Position numbers and translations under genes: made by a program | Shown: in pieces, positions 18,073-27,100 of the stretch | Position numbering within the stretch: the stretch's first letter is position 1 | Layout: each line of letters starts with the position of its first letter | Source: an uncultured Anaerolineaceae bacterium | GTDB lineage: Bacteria; Chloroflexota; Anaerolineae; Anaerolineales; E44-bin32 | NCBI GenBank assembly: GCA_964359225.1 | Contig: CAYHSI010000001.1 | Span: 1 to 40,479, forward strand | Direction of reading: 5' to 3' | DNA: 40,479 nt | The notes under the pieces: generated by a model | The model's input: the letters and a program-made list of their open reading frames with translations, nothing else | The model's database searches: none | Told to the model about the DNA's origin: nothing

Positions 18073-19320
18073 TCAGAACCTTGGCCGGGTAGTCACTTCG
18101 GACATTGGACCGGAGGGCAGGTGGACCGAGAAGCTGCTGCCCTTCCCGAGCGCGCTCTCCACGGTGATTCGTCCGCCGTGGCTCTCTGCCACCTTCTTGG
18201 CGATCGCCAATCCAAGGCCGGTGCCCTGCACCTCGTCGTCGCCATCCGGGACCCGATAGAACTTTTCGAAAAGTCGGGTCTGGTTCTCAGGCGAAATTCC
18301 CCGCCCGGTGTCCCGTACTTGCATCAAGACTTCCCCTTCCTCGGGGCGTAAGGCGACGACGACCTTGCCGCCTTGGGAGTTGTATTTGATGGCGTTGGTC
18401 AGCAGGTTGAGCAGGAGCTGCTTAAGCAGTTTCCGGTCGCCGTAAACTGGGGCGACAGAGGCGTCGATCTCGCTCTCCAGCGAGATTCCCTTGGATTGGG
18501 CCTGGGCTCGGACCACCTCCAGCGACTCTTGGACCAGGCCACCCAAGTGCACCGGTTCGCGCTGGAAGTGGACCCGCCCAGACTCCAGCCGAGAGAGTTC
18601 CAGGAAGTCGGTCGACACATCGTTGAGCCGCCTGACCTCGGTGAGGATCGTTTCGCTGAGCTTCTGATGCTGCTCGAGGGGCAAGTCCACCCGCTGGAGC
18701 AAGTGGGCTGCGGCGGTCAATGCTCCCAGGGGGGTGCGCAGCTCGTGTACGATCTCTGCAATCAGGTCGCTTTGATTAAACAGCCGGCTGTTCTCGAGCG
18801 CGATCGCCGCCTGTGCGGCGAGCGTTTCTAGGATCTGCACGTCCTCGTCGGTGAAGAATCCTTCATGCTTGTTAACCGCTTCGATTACCCCCAAAATCTT
18901 GTCCTTGGTGCGCAGCGGAACGCCGAGGATGCTGTGGGTCTCGAAACGGGTCAGCACGTCCATCTCTCGGTAAAAACGCGGGTCGTTCAACACGTCGTCG
19001 GAAACGATCGGCTCGCCATGGGTAAAGACCCAGCCGGCGATGCTGTTGTCGGCCGGAATCGTCCGCTGACCGACCCCGCCCATCAGGGCACCGGTGGCGG
19101 CCTCGAAATAAAGCGAGTGGCTGGGGTGGTCGTACAACAGCAGGGAGGAGGCCTCGCTTTCGGTCAGCTCGCGGGCCGCGACGACGATCCGCTGCAGCAG
19201 GGTGTCCAGGTCGAAGGTGGCGGCCAGATCGGAAGTCAGCTCGAGCAGCTGTTGGTAGCGTGCAAGCAGCTTCGGATAATTCCGGATCGCGGTCTCGGGA
19301 CCGGCGGACTTAGTCGTCAT
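18073..19320 (-). CDS. Cytoplasmic GAF-domain sensor histidine kinase
   Basis: GAF domain (residues ~40-180), H-box IVHELRTPLGAL, N-box LLTNAIKYN, G-boxes DTGRGI and GTGLGLAIAK. No transmembrane segment. It lies immediately downstream of the REC-CpaE-like gene. Confidence 0.9.
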   Translation of the reverse strand: MTTKSAGPETAIRNYPKLLARYQQLLELTSDLAATFDLDTLLQRIVVAARELTESEASSLLLYDHPSHSLYFEAATGALMGGVGQRTIPADNSIAGWVFTHGEPIVSDDVLNDPRFYREMDVLTRFETHSILGVPLRTKDKILGVIEAVNKHEGFFTDEDVQILETLAAQAAIALENSRLFNQSDLIAEIVHELRTPLGALTAAAHLLQRVDLPLEQHQKLSETILTEVRRLNDVSTDFLELSRLESGRVHFQREPVHLGGLVQESLEVVRAQAQSKGISLESEIDASVAPVYGDRKLLKQLLLNLLTNAIKYNSQGGKVVVALRPEEGEVLMQVRDTGRGISPENQTRLFEKFYRVPDGDDEVQGTGLGLAIAKKVAESHGGRITVESALGKGSSFSVHLPSGPMSEVTTRPRF

Positions 19321-19349
19321 AAGTCACCATCAGCGGTGGGACAGATGAG

Positions 19350-20495
19350 CTAGCCGAGAGCCAGCTTGGTAGAAATCGTCTCAGACATCTTACGGATTTG
19401 ATCCCCGGTGAGGGTGTCCCGGTGCAGGATGACCAAAGGAGTGCCGCTTTGCGAGGCTTGCTGGGCGAGTTCCGGAGCGGGAGAGATAATCCCGGCCATC
19501 TCGATCCCCAGGTCCGCCTCCACCTGTTTCCAGGGAATGTTGAGACTGGTACGCTCGCGGGTGATCATCGCCATACTGGTGCGGCCGCGCTGCAGGCCGC
19601 TTGAGAACAGGTCATCCAGTACTGCTCGGGCGATGACGTTGGAAGGATAGACCGGCTCCACGACAACGATCACCCGATCGCTCGCCAACAGCAGTGGCTT
19701 CGAGTAGGGTCGCAGTCCGGCACCCAGGTCCAGCACCAAGACGGTGCACATGGAGGCCAGGTTCTTGACCACCGCCTCCATCTGGGCAACCGCCTGATCC
19801 AACTCGGATTCCTGGGGTTGGTAGGAGGCAAGCAGCAAGCGGACGCCACTGGGGTGGGTGACGATTTCCGATTCCACCGAGCGAAGGTGGATGTCTTTGA
19901 GGGAGCGGGAGAGCAGGGTCGTCAGGCCGGTGGGCGCACTGATATTCAAATCCAGGGCGATTGAGCCCTGGCCGGGGTTGAACTCGGCAATGATGACATC
20001 CAGCCCGTTCTGTTGCATCTGCACCCCGACGTTGAGAGCCAGGGTCGAGGTCCCGAGCCCGGCCCGGGTCCCGAAGAAGCTGACGATCTGGGCCTGTTCA
20101 GGAGCATCCTTGGTTGGAGTACCGGCCGATCGAGAGAGTACGGCCTTGACGTGGGCAGTCAGCTCTGCCGGGTGGGTCGGCTTGGTCAGGTAGTCATCCA
20201 CACCGGACTCAAACCCTTTCACCTTGTCATCCACCATGGTCTTGGCGGTGAACATGACGATCGGGATATGAGACAGCGACGGATCGGAGCGCAAGCGCTC
20301 CGTAACCTGATATCCGTCCATGTCTGGCATCATGACGTCCAACAAGATCAGGTCGGGGCGTTCCGAGGAAGCCTTGGAAAGCCCAATAGTCCCGTTGCTG
20401 GCGACCGCGATCTGATACCCCTGCCGCTCGAGCATGAGGCCGACGAGCTTCAGTGTATCGATATCGTCATCGATGATGAGGATCTTTTCAGCCAT
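19350..20495 (-). CDS. Response-regulator receiver fused to a CpaE/MinD-like P-loop domain with a degenerate Walker A
   Basis: REC domain: ILIIDDD, phospho-acceptor LILLDVMMPDMDG, VMFTAK, and conserved K in YLTKP. A ParA/MinD/CpaE-like fold follows, whose Walker A position reads GTRAGLGTST (nt 20043-20072), lacking both lysines. I chose the ATG at 20495; the ORF track starts one codon earlier at TTG 20498. Confidence 0.85.
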   Translation of the reverse strand: MAEKILIIDDDIDTLKLVGLMLERQGYQIAVASNGTIGLSKASSERPDLILLDVMMPDMDGYQVTERLRSDPSLSHIPIVMFTAKTMVDDKVKGFESGVDDYLTKPTHPAELTAHVKAVLSRSAGTPTKDAPEQAQIVSFFGTRAGLGTSTLALNVGVQMQQNGLDVIIAEFNPGQGSIALDLNISAPTGLTTLLSRSLKDIHLRSVESEIVTHPSGVRLLLASYQPQESELDQAVAQMEAVVKNLASMCTVLVLDLGAGLRPYSKPLLLASDRVIVVVEPVYPSNVIARAVLDDLFSSGLQRGRTSMAMITRERTSLNIPWKQVEADLGIEMAGIISPAPELAQQASQSGTPLVILHRDTLTGDQIRKMSETISTKLALG

Positions 20496-20522
20496 CAAGC
20501 TCGATTTGGCGAGAGCGAGGGC

Positions 20523-20551
20523 AGTCTAGCATAAAGCCCTATGCCGGGCAA
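20523..20551 (-). promoter_or_regulatory. Candidate promoter of the REC-CpaE-like / GAF-kinase operon
   Basis: On the reverse strand: TTGCCC (20551-20546), 17-nt spacer, TAGACT (20528-20523). It lies about 28 nt upstream of the ATG at 20495. Confidence 0.35.
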
Positions 20552-20622
20552 GGATTCGTACTTCCCACACCTTATGTCAGCATGGCCGGTGCCCGAGCGG
20601 GCCGGCTGGCCGGTCGCCCGAT

Positions 20623-20650
20623 TTCGCAAAGCGGAGCACGACTGTATAAT
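20623..20650 (+). promoter_or_regulatory. Candidate promoter of the large sensor kinase
   Basis: TTCGCA (20623-20628), 16-nt spacer, TATAAT (20645-20650). A GGAGG (20673-20677) and GTG 20682 lie downstream. Confidence 0.4.
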
Positions 20651-20681
20651 CCCGCCGCGCTTTTTTTCGGCCGGAGGCCGA

Positions 20682-23600
20682 GTGACTATCGCCGGCTGGG
20701 GACTTGAATCCGCGTTCTATCTGGGGCTCCCTACCCGAGAAGCAGGCTATCTGCTGCTTGGGTTCTATCTCCTGGTGGTCGCGCTCACCGTCCGCAAGCC
20801 GGCCATTCGGCTGCCGCGAAACCTCGGGCGGCTGCTGTTCGCATCGGCCGCGCTGCTGCTGGGCGCGTTCGTCCTTTCCGGCGCGATTACCATCCGAATC
20901 GTGACCGCCGCGGCGGCTCCGGAACAGCTGCAGGCAGGTGCCGGCCCAAGCTTTCCACTGCTCGGTGCGACCCCCTGGACGGTCGCAGCTGGCTTTGTGG
21001 GTGATCTTCCCGCTGCTCTGTTGGGGCTGCTCGGAGGCCTGGTCCGCGGGGGGTGGGGTACCCAGCGACTGCTGACCCCCTTTGGGTTAGCAGCCCAGGC
21101 GGCCCTGTTCAGCTGGTTGATCCGGCGCCCCTATTCAGAATGGCCTGGCCGTCTCGCCCGGCGTCCGCTGCCGCGCGCGCTGGCCACCGGTCTTTTTTTC
21201 GGTTTTCTGCGCTCGCTCGAAGACTTCGTCTATTTGCCCGGGGACTTCTTGGGTGCATTAGACCAGACCACGGCGACCCTCGGGCCGACCGTGCTGGCCT
21301 CGGTGCTCGAACTGGGATTCGCCGGCATATTGACCGCCGGCCTTAAGACGGCGTTCGCCAGTCACTGGCAAGCTCCGCGGCAGCTGATCCTGGGCCCCTA
21401 CAACCGGACTCTGGCGGCGCGGCTGGTTACCGTAGTGGTCTCCTTGGGCCTTGCGGGAGGGGCCGCGCTTACTTACGGCAATTGGCTGCTCTCGCGGGCC
21501 TCCGCCCAGAGCATCATCTCAGACCAGATGCTTCAAACCGCCTCGCAAGTGGCCGAAGGAATACCATTCTTCATCCAGACCGGCCGGACCGAGATCCGAT
21601 CGATAGCCGAGAGCCTACCGGAGCAAGGCGCTGCTCGGGAGATCTCGGCTGCCGCACTCACCGAGGCGATGGAGGACCGGGCCTACTTCACCCGGCTGGC
21701 AGTCCTGGATTCCGGAGGAGCTGCCTGGGCTGGCTGGCAAGGATCGGGCTCCACCCTGCCGCGGGAGATCGAAGTTGCGGCTCAGACTGGCGCGCCTCAA
21801 GAATTGGTGCTCGGTGGCGCGCTTCCAGGCGAAGGGGTCCAATTGGTCTTTCTCACCCCGTTGGCTAGCAGCGGTGAAGGGCCAGGCATGCTGGTGGGAT
21901 GGACCGACCTTGATCACAATCCGATTCTGGAGCCTCTCAACGCCCGGCTCCAGGCCTACACCGCCGGGGAAGCTTTGGTAGCCGACAACCGTGGCAGGGT
22001 GATCCTGCACCCCGACCCCGGCCAGTGGATGCGGCCGGTCATCTACCCGGATCCGGCGAGCGCGGCTTTCTTTCACGCCTCCGACTCGACCGGCAGCCGA
22101 TCCTGGGTCTACTCCCTGCAGGTCGAAGGTTACCCCTGGAGGGTGATCGTCAGCACTCCTCAAAGTGCGCTGGATGCGCTGGCGCTTTCAACCACCGTGA
22201 ACCTATTCCTGTTGCTGGTGAGCCTGGGGGGAGTCTTGATCGCGGCAGTTCACCTCATGAGCCGCCGGCTCACCCGGCCGTTGCGTGACATGGCCAGCAC
22301 GGCCGAAGCCATCGCACTGGGTGATCTCGACCGACAGGTGCCGGCCGGGGGCGAGGATGAGATCGGCCGATTGGCCGGCTCGTTCGAGCGGATGCGCCAG
22401 GTGCTGAAGGCGCGCCTCGGCGAGCTGAATCTGTTGCTGGCAACCAGCCGCCGGATGGCCGAGAGTTTTGACCTCGCGGAGGCACTTCCGATTGTGCTCA
22501 ATCGAGTTCGAGACCTGATGAACGTCGATTGCGTCCGGCTGGTGCTGAGCGGCTCAGAGGCTGAACTCGAAACCTATCAGGCGGGCACGCTCGGGAAGGG
22601 CTGGCAGAGCCTCGACCTGGGGATCCTGGAGCTTACCCGCAAGCGAGGGCAGTTTTCACTGGAGAATCCGGCCCGGGCCGGGGCGGTGCTGGACCTCGGC
22701 GGAATCTCAGACGGGTTGGAGGCCCTGATCGCCTTCCCGGTCAAACATGAGGCTGACGACCTTGGCGCGCTCTGGCTCGGGCACGGCCATCCCCGGGCGT
22801 TTACAAAGTCAGAGGTCCGGTTGCTGTCGATCTTCGCCGGCCAGCTGGCGATCTCGCTCGAGAACGTCGGCCTCTATCGCCGGGCCGAGCGAGAGCGAAG
22901 CCGGCTGTTGGCAATCCTCAGCTCGACTCCCGACGCGGTTATCGTCACGGACGCCCGAGGGCGGGTGTCGTTGGCCAATCCTGCTGCAGATGCCGTGCTG
23001 ACGGTGAGGGCAGAAGATGCAATCGGTCGGCCTATCGGCGAGCTGGTGCGATCCCCTGAGCTGGCCGCCCTCTTCACGGAGCCGCTCCCACCCAGCCGCT
23101 CGCTTGAGATCAAGATCGACGGAGGGCGGGTGCTGTATGCCTCGGCCTCGGATGTCCCGGGCGGGCAGCTCGGCAGGGTGTGCGTCCTTTCGGACATCAC
23201 CCACTACAAAGTCCTTGATGCCCTGAAGTCCGAGTTCGTCTCCACGGTGAGCCATGACCTGCGATCGCCGCTCACCCTGATGCGGGGCTATTCCAGCATG
23301 GTTGCCAACGTCGGAACGGTAACGACCCAGCAGCAGGAGCTGCTAGACAAGATCCAGACCAGCGTGGATCGAATGACCAAATTGGTGGACGACCTGCTCG
23401 ATCTGGGGCGAATCGAGGGCGGGATTGGCCTGAGCCTTGAAGCGGTGGAAATATCGGCAGTCCTCCAAGAAGTCCTGACCAATTTCCGACCTCTGGCGCT
23501 CAATAAGCAGGTTGCGCTCGAAGTGCAGCTCGGCTCAAGGTTGCTCCCGGTGCAGGCCGATCCGATCTTGCTGCGCCAGGCGATCGCCAACCTGGTGGAC

Positions 23601-23903
23601 AACGCGATCAAGTATTCTCAGCCCGGTGCTCGAGTGTTGCTGCGGGCCGATCAAATCGAAGGCCGCCAGATCGTTCAGGTTCAAGACTCGGGGGTGGGAG
23701 TCGCTTCAGCCGACCAGCCCCGGCTCTTCGAGAAGTTCTTCCGGGTCGGAGAGGGAAAGGGGGCCGGCCTTGGGCTCGCCATTGTCAAATCGATAATCGA
23801 ACAGCATCAAGGCCGAGTCAGCGTGGAGAGTCGGTTGGGACGCGGGAGCACCTTCACAATTGCCTTCCCGATGCGGGTAGAACGGGTCCGAGCAGCGGCC
23901 TGA
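20682..23903 (+). CDS. Multi-domain membrane sensor histidine kinase (polytopic N-terminal module, extracytoplasmic sensor, HAMP, GAF, PAS, HisKA, HATPase)
   Basis: About 270 aa of multiple hydrophobic helices come first. Then there is a helix-bounded ~230-aa loop (Cache-like by position) and HAMP (RPLRDMASTAEAIALGDLDRQV...GRLAGSFERM). GAF and PAS (PDAVIVTDARGRVSLANPAA) follow, then H-box VSHDLRSPLT, N-box VDNAIKYS and G-box GAGLGLAIVK. The ORF track start 20541 lies upstream of the TATAAT box and inside the divergent promoter, so I prefer GTG 20682. Confidence 0.88.
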   Translation: MTIAGWGLESAFYLGLPTREAGYLLLGFYLLVVALTVRKPAIRLPRNLGRLLFASAALLLGAFVLSGAITIRIVTAAAAPEQLQAGAGPSFPLLGATPWTVAAGFVGDLPAALLGLLGGLVRGGWGTQRLLTPFGLAAQAALFSWLIRRPYSEWPGRLARRPLPRALATGLFFGFLRSLEDFVYLPGDFLGALDQTTATLGPTVLASVLELGFAGILTAGLKTAFASHWQAPRQLILGPYNRTLAARLVTVVVSLGLAGGAALTYGNWLLSRASAQSIISDQMLQTASQVAEGIPFFIQTGRTEIRSIAESLPEQGAAREISAAALTEAMEDRAYFTRLAVLDSGGAAWAGWQGSGSTLPREIEVAAQTGAPQELVLGGALPGEGVQLVFLTPLASSGEGPGMLVGWTDLDHNPILEPLNARLQAYTAGEALVADNRGRVILHPDPGQWMRPVIYPDPASAAFFHASDSTGSRSWVYSLQVEGYPWRVIVSTPQSALDALALSTTVNLFLLLVSLGGVLIAAVHLMSRRLTRPLRDMASTAEAIALGDLDRQVPAGGEDEIGRLAGSFERMRQVLKARLGELNLLLATSRRMAESFDLAEALPIVLNRVRDLMNVDCVRLVLSGSEAELETYQAGTLGKGWQSLDLGILELTRKRGQFSLENPARAGAVLDLGGISDGLEALIAFPVKHEADDLGALWLGHGHPRAFTKSEVRLLSIFAGQLAISLENVGLYRRAERERSRLLAILSSTPDAVIVTDARGRVSLANPAADAVLTVRAEDAIGRPIGELVRSPELAALFTEPLPPSRSLEIKIDGGRVLYASASDVPGGQLGRVCVLSDITHYKVLDALKSEFVSTVSHDLRSPLTLMRGYSSMVANVGTVTTQQQELLDKIQTSVDRMTKLVDDLLDLGRIEGGIGLSLEAVEISAVLQEVLTNFRPLALNKQVALEVQLGSRLLPVQADPILLRQAIANLVDNAIKYSQPGARVLLRADQIEGRQIVQVQDSGVGVASADQPRLFEKFFRVGEGKGAGLGLAIVKSIIEQHQGRVSVESRLGRGSTFTIAFPMRVERVRAAA

Positions 23904-23940
23904 TAGGCGCAGGGAGGCGCTTCTTCACCCCATCTGAAGC

Positions 23941-23968
23941 TTGACAATCCGCTTCCGGACCGTATAAT
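23941..23968 (+). promoter_or_regulatory. Near-consensus sigma70 promoter of rpoC
   Basis: TTGACA (23941-23946), 16-nt spacer, TATAAT (23963-23968). It lies in a locally AT-richer intergenic region, about 160 nt upstream of the rpoC start. Confidence 0.65.
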
Positions 23969-24012
23969 ACAGGTTCACATGGCGTGTATTCGCCCCAGGA
24001 ATTGCGTGTGAG

Positions 24013-24047
24013 AGCGCTTGAGGCCAGCTGAACTCAAGCGTTCTTTT
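24013..24047 (+). terminator. Terminator-like hairpin plus T-tract in the rpoC leader (putative attenuator and/or terminator of the upstream kinase gene)
   Basis: CGCTTGAG (24015-24022) pairs with CTCAAGCG (24033-24040). The stem is extendable by G-U and A-U pairs (24013-24014 with 24041-24042). The loop is 10 nt, followed by TTCTTTT (24041-24047). Confidence 0.45.
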
Positions 24048-24130
24048 CGCACGTACCTGATCTAGCTCGTTTGTTCCATTTGGACCGACAAATCTCACCC
24101 AGTTTCACCAGAGAAGCCGGAGGGGACCGC

Positions 24131-27100
24131 GTGGAAGCCAAAGGTTTTCGTGCCCTGAAGATTAGTTTGGCGTCTCCGGAGACGATTCTCAGTTGGTCAT
24201 ACGGAGAGGTGCTTAAGCCGGAAACGATCAACTATCGCCGGCTGCGGCCGGAGAAAGACGGGCTGTTCTGCGAGGCGATCTTTGGACCGACCAAAGATTG
24301 GCAATGCTATTGCGGCAAATACAAGAACATCCGCTTTAAGGGCATCACCTGCGAGAAATGCGGCGTGGAGGTCACCCGGGCGTCGGTTCGCCGGGAGCGG
24401 ATGGGGCACATCGGGCTGGCCGCTCCAGTTGCCCATGTCTGGTACACCCGTCGGGTCCCGTCCTACCTCGGATTGTTGCTGGACATTTCGCGTCGGAATC
24501 TGGACCGGGTGCTCTACTTCGCTCAGTACATCGTGACCCACGTCGACGAAGAAGCTCGCCGGCGGGCGATCAAGCGGATTGACGACGAGATTGTTGCGCT
24601 GGACCGGGCTCAGCAAGAGGCGATGACCGCGCAGCTAAGTGAGATCAAATCGAGACGGAAAGAGGAGCTTGAGGAGCTGAAGGCCCGCCAGAAGGAACTG
24701 AAGGCCGAGTATGAAGAGCAGGTCGCCCAACTCTTCGATCCACTGATCCGAGAAGGGCAGCGGTTGGAGCGCGAGCTGCGGGAAAAAATTGGGAAGTCCG
24801 TTCGGGCCCCGATTCATTTCAAGGCGGTCAAGAAATCGATCGTGGACAAGGGGGAGACGGTCTCGAAGGAGCACGTCAGTCAAGTCCAGAAACTGGTCAA
24901 GCAGGAGCTCGAGGAAATCGAGGCCGGGGCCAAGAAGAAACTGGATCGGCAGCTCGACAAGCTCAAGGCTCAGCTCGAACAGATTAAGGAAGAATCGGAG
25001 CAAGAAGCCGACCAGGCGAAGGGCGCTCCTCAGGCGGAGAATCTGGCTCAAGCCGAGGCGCTTGCGAAGCAGCGCGAAGAACTTGAGACGATCAGCCAGA
25101 TGATGTTTCTGGGGGAAACCCGCTACCGGGAGCTTAAGTCCCAGTGGGGACAGGTCTTCCGGGCGGATATGGGCGCCGAAGCCTTCTACGAGATTCTGCA
25201 GCGGCTCGACTTGCCCAAGCTGGCCGAGGAACTCTGGGTGGAGGTGCGGACCTCCAAGAGCAAGCAGCGCAAGAAGAAGGCCACCAAACGGCTCAAAGTG
25301 GTGGAGGCCTTCCGCCGTTCCGGCAACCGGCCAGAGTGGATGGTTCTGACGGTGCTGCCCGTGATCCCACCGGATCTGCGTCCCATGGTCCAGCTGGATG
25401 GAGGCCGATTTGCGACCTCCGACCTGAACGACCTGTACCGCCGGGTGATCAATCGCAACAATCGGCTCAAGCGGCTGGTCGAGCTCGGGGCGCCGGATGT
25501 GATCGTGCGCAACGAGAAGCGGATGCTGCAAGAGGCGGTCGATTCGCTGATCGATAACGCGCAGCGCGGGAAGGCACTCTCCCGGCGTGGGCGGAGAGAA
25601 TTGAAGTCGTTGAGCGACATGCTCAAGGGCAAGAAAGGTCGCTTCCGACGCAACTTGCTCGGCAAGCGGGTCGACTACTCGGGACGATCGGTAATTGTGA
25701 TTGGCCCGCACTTAAAGCTCCATCAATGCGGGCTGCCCAAAGCCATGGCGCTCGAGTTGTACCGGCCTTTCGTGATCTCCAAGTTGGTTATGTACAACTA
25801 TGTGGCGAACGTTAAGGGCGCCAAGCGGATCATTGAACGCACCCGTCCCGAGGTTTGGGAGGTACTGGAAGAGGTCATCAAGGACCGGCCGGTGCTGCTC
25901 AACCGAGCTCCAACCCTGCATCGACTTGGGATCCAGGCTTTCGAGCCAGTGTTGGTCGAAGGCAAGGCGATTCAACTTCATCCGCTGGTCTGCGCCGCAT
26001 TCAATGCCGACTTCGACGGAGATCAGATGTCGGTCCACGTGCCGCTTTCCAAGCGGGCCGTAACTGAGGCCCGGGAATTGATGCTTTCCAGCAGGAATCT
26101 GCTGAAACCCGCCGACGGCGAACCGATCGTTGGACCCTCGAAGGACATGGTGCTCGGGGTGTACTACTTGACCATGGCGCAGGACGGGCGTACCCAGAAG
26201 GGCGCCGGACGAGCGTTTTCCGACTTGGAAGAAGTGGAAATGGCCTACGCCCTGGGCCAGGTCCAGGTCCACGCTCCGATTCGGCTGCTTACTCAGACCT
26301 GGTACGACGACCAGGGAGAGCGGCTCGCCCAACCTGAGCGGCGACTGATCGACACGACCGTTGGCCGAGTGCTTTTTAACGACGTCCTCCCGGAGGAGCT
26401 GCGCTTCGTCAACCGGGTGTTGGACAAGGAAGCGATGCAGGAACTGGTGGGCGACGTATACGACCTGCTGCGCGAGGAAGGGACTCCGGCGATTGTCGAC
26501 GCGATCAAAGACATTGGGTTCGCCTACGCCACTCGCTCGGGCACGACCATCGCGGTTTCGGACATCACGGTGCCGGAAGCAAAAAAGGCGATCGTCGCCA
26601 GAACGCTGGAAGAGGCAGAGGCGGTTCGGAAGGACTACCTGCGTGGTTTGCTGACCGAGCAAGAGCAGAACGAGCGGATCATCGAACTGTGGCAAAACAC
26701 GACAACCGAGGTCGCGGCGGCAGTCAAGAGCGGAATGGATCCGGCGGGCAACCTGAGCACGATGGCGATCTCCGGCGCCACCAAGGGAGGCTTCGGACCG
26801 ATTTCGCAGCTGGCCGGCATGCGGGGCCTCATGGCAGATCCGGCAGGCCGGATCATCCCGCTGCCAATTCGGTCCAACTTCCGGGATGGGCTCAACACGC
26901 TGGAGTACTTCATCTCGACCCACGGGGCGCGCAAGGGTCTGACCGACACTGCGCTGCGCACCGCCGACGCCGGATACCTGACTCGGCGTTTGGTTGACGT
27001 CGCGCAGGACATGATCATCAATTCGGATGACTGCGGCACCGAAGACGGAATGATGATCCGAACCGCCGACGATATCGCGGGCCAGGATTTCATCCTCCGC

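Noticed and set aside
20651-20670. T7 run (GCGCTTTTTTTCGG) after the kinase promoter as a terminator
   Set aside because: No stable stem precedes the T-run; only 3-4 bp pairings are possible.
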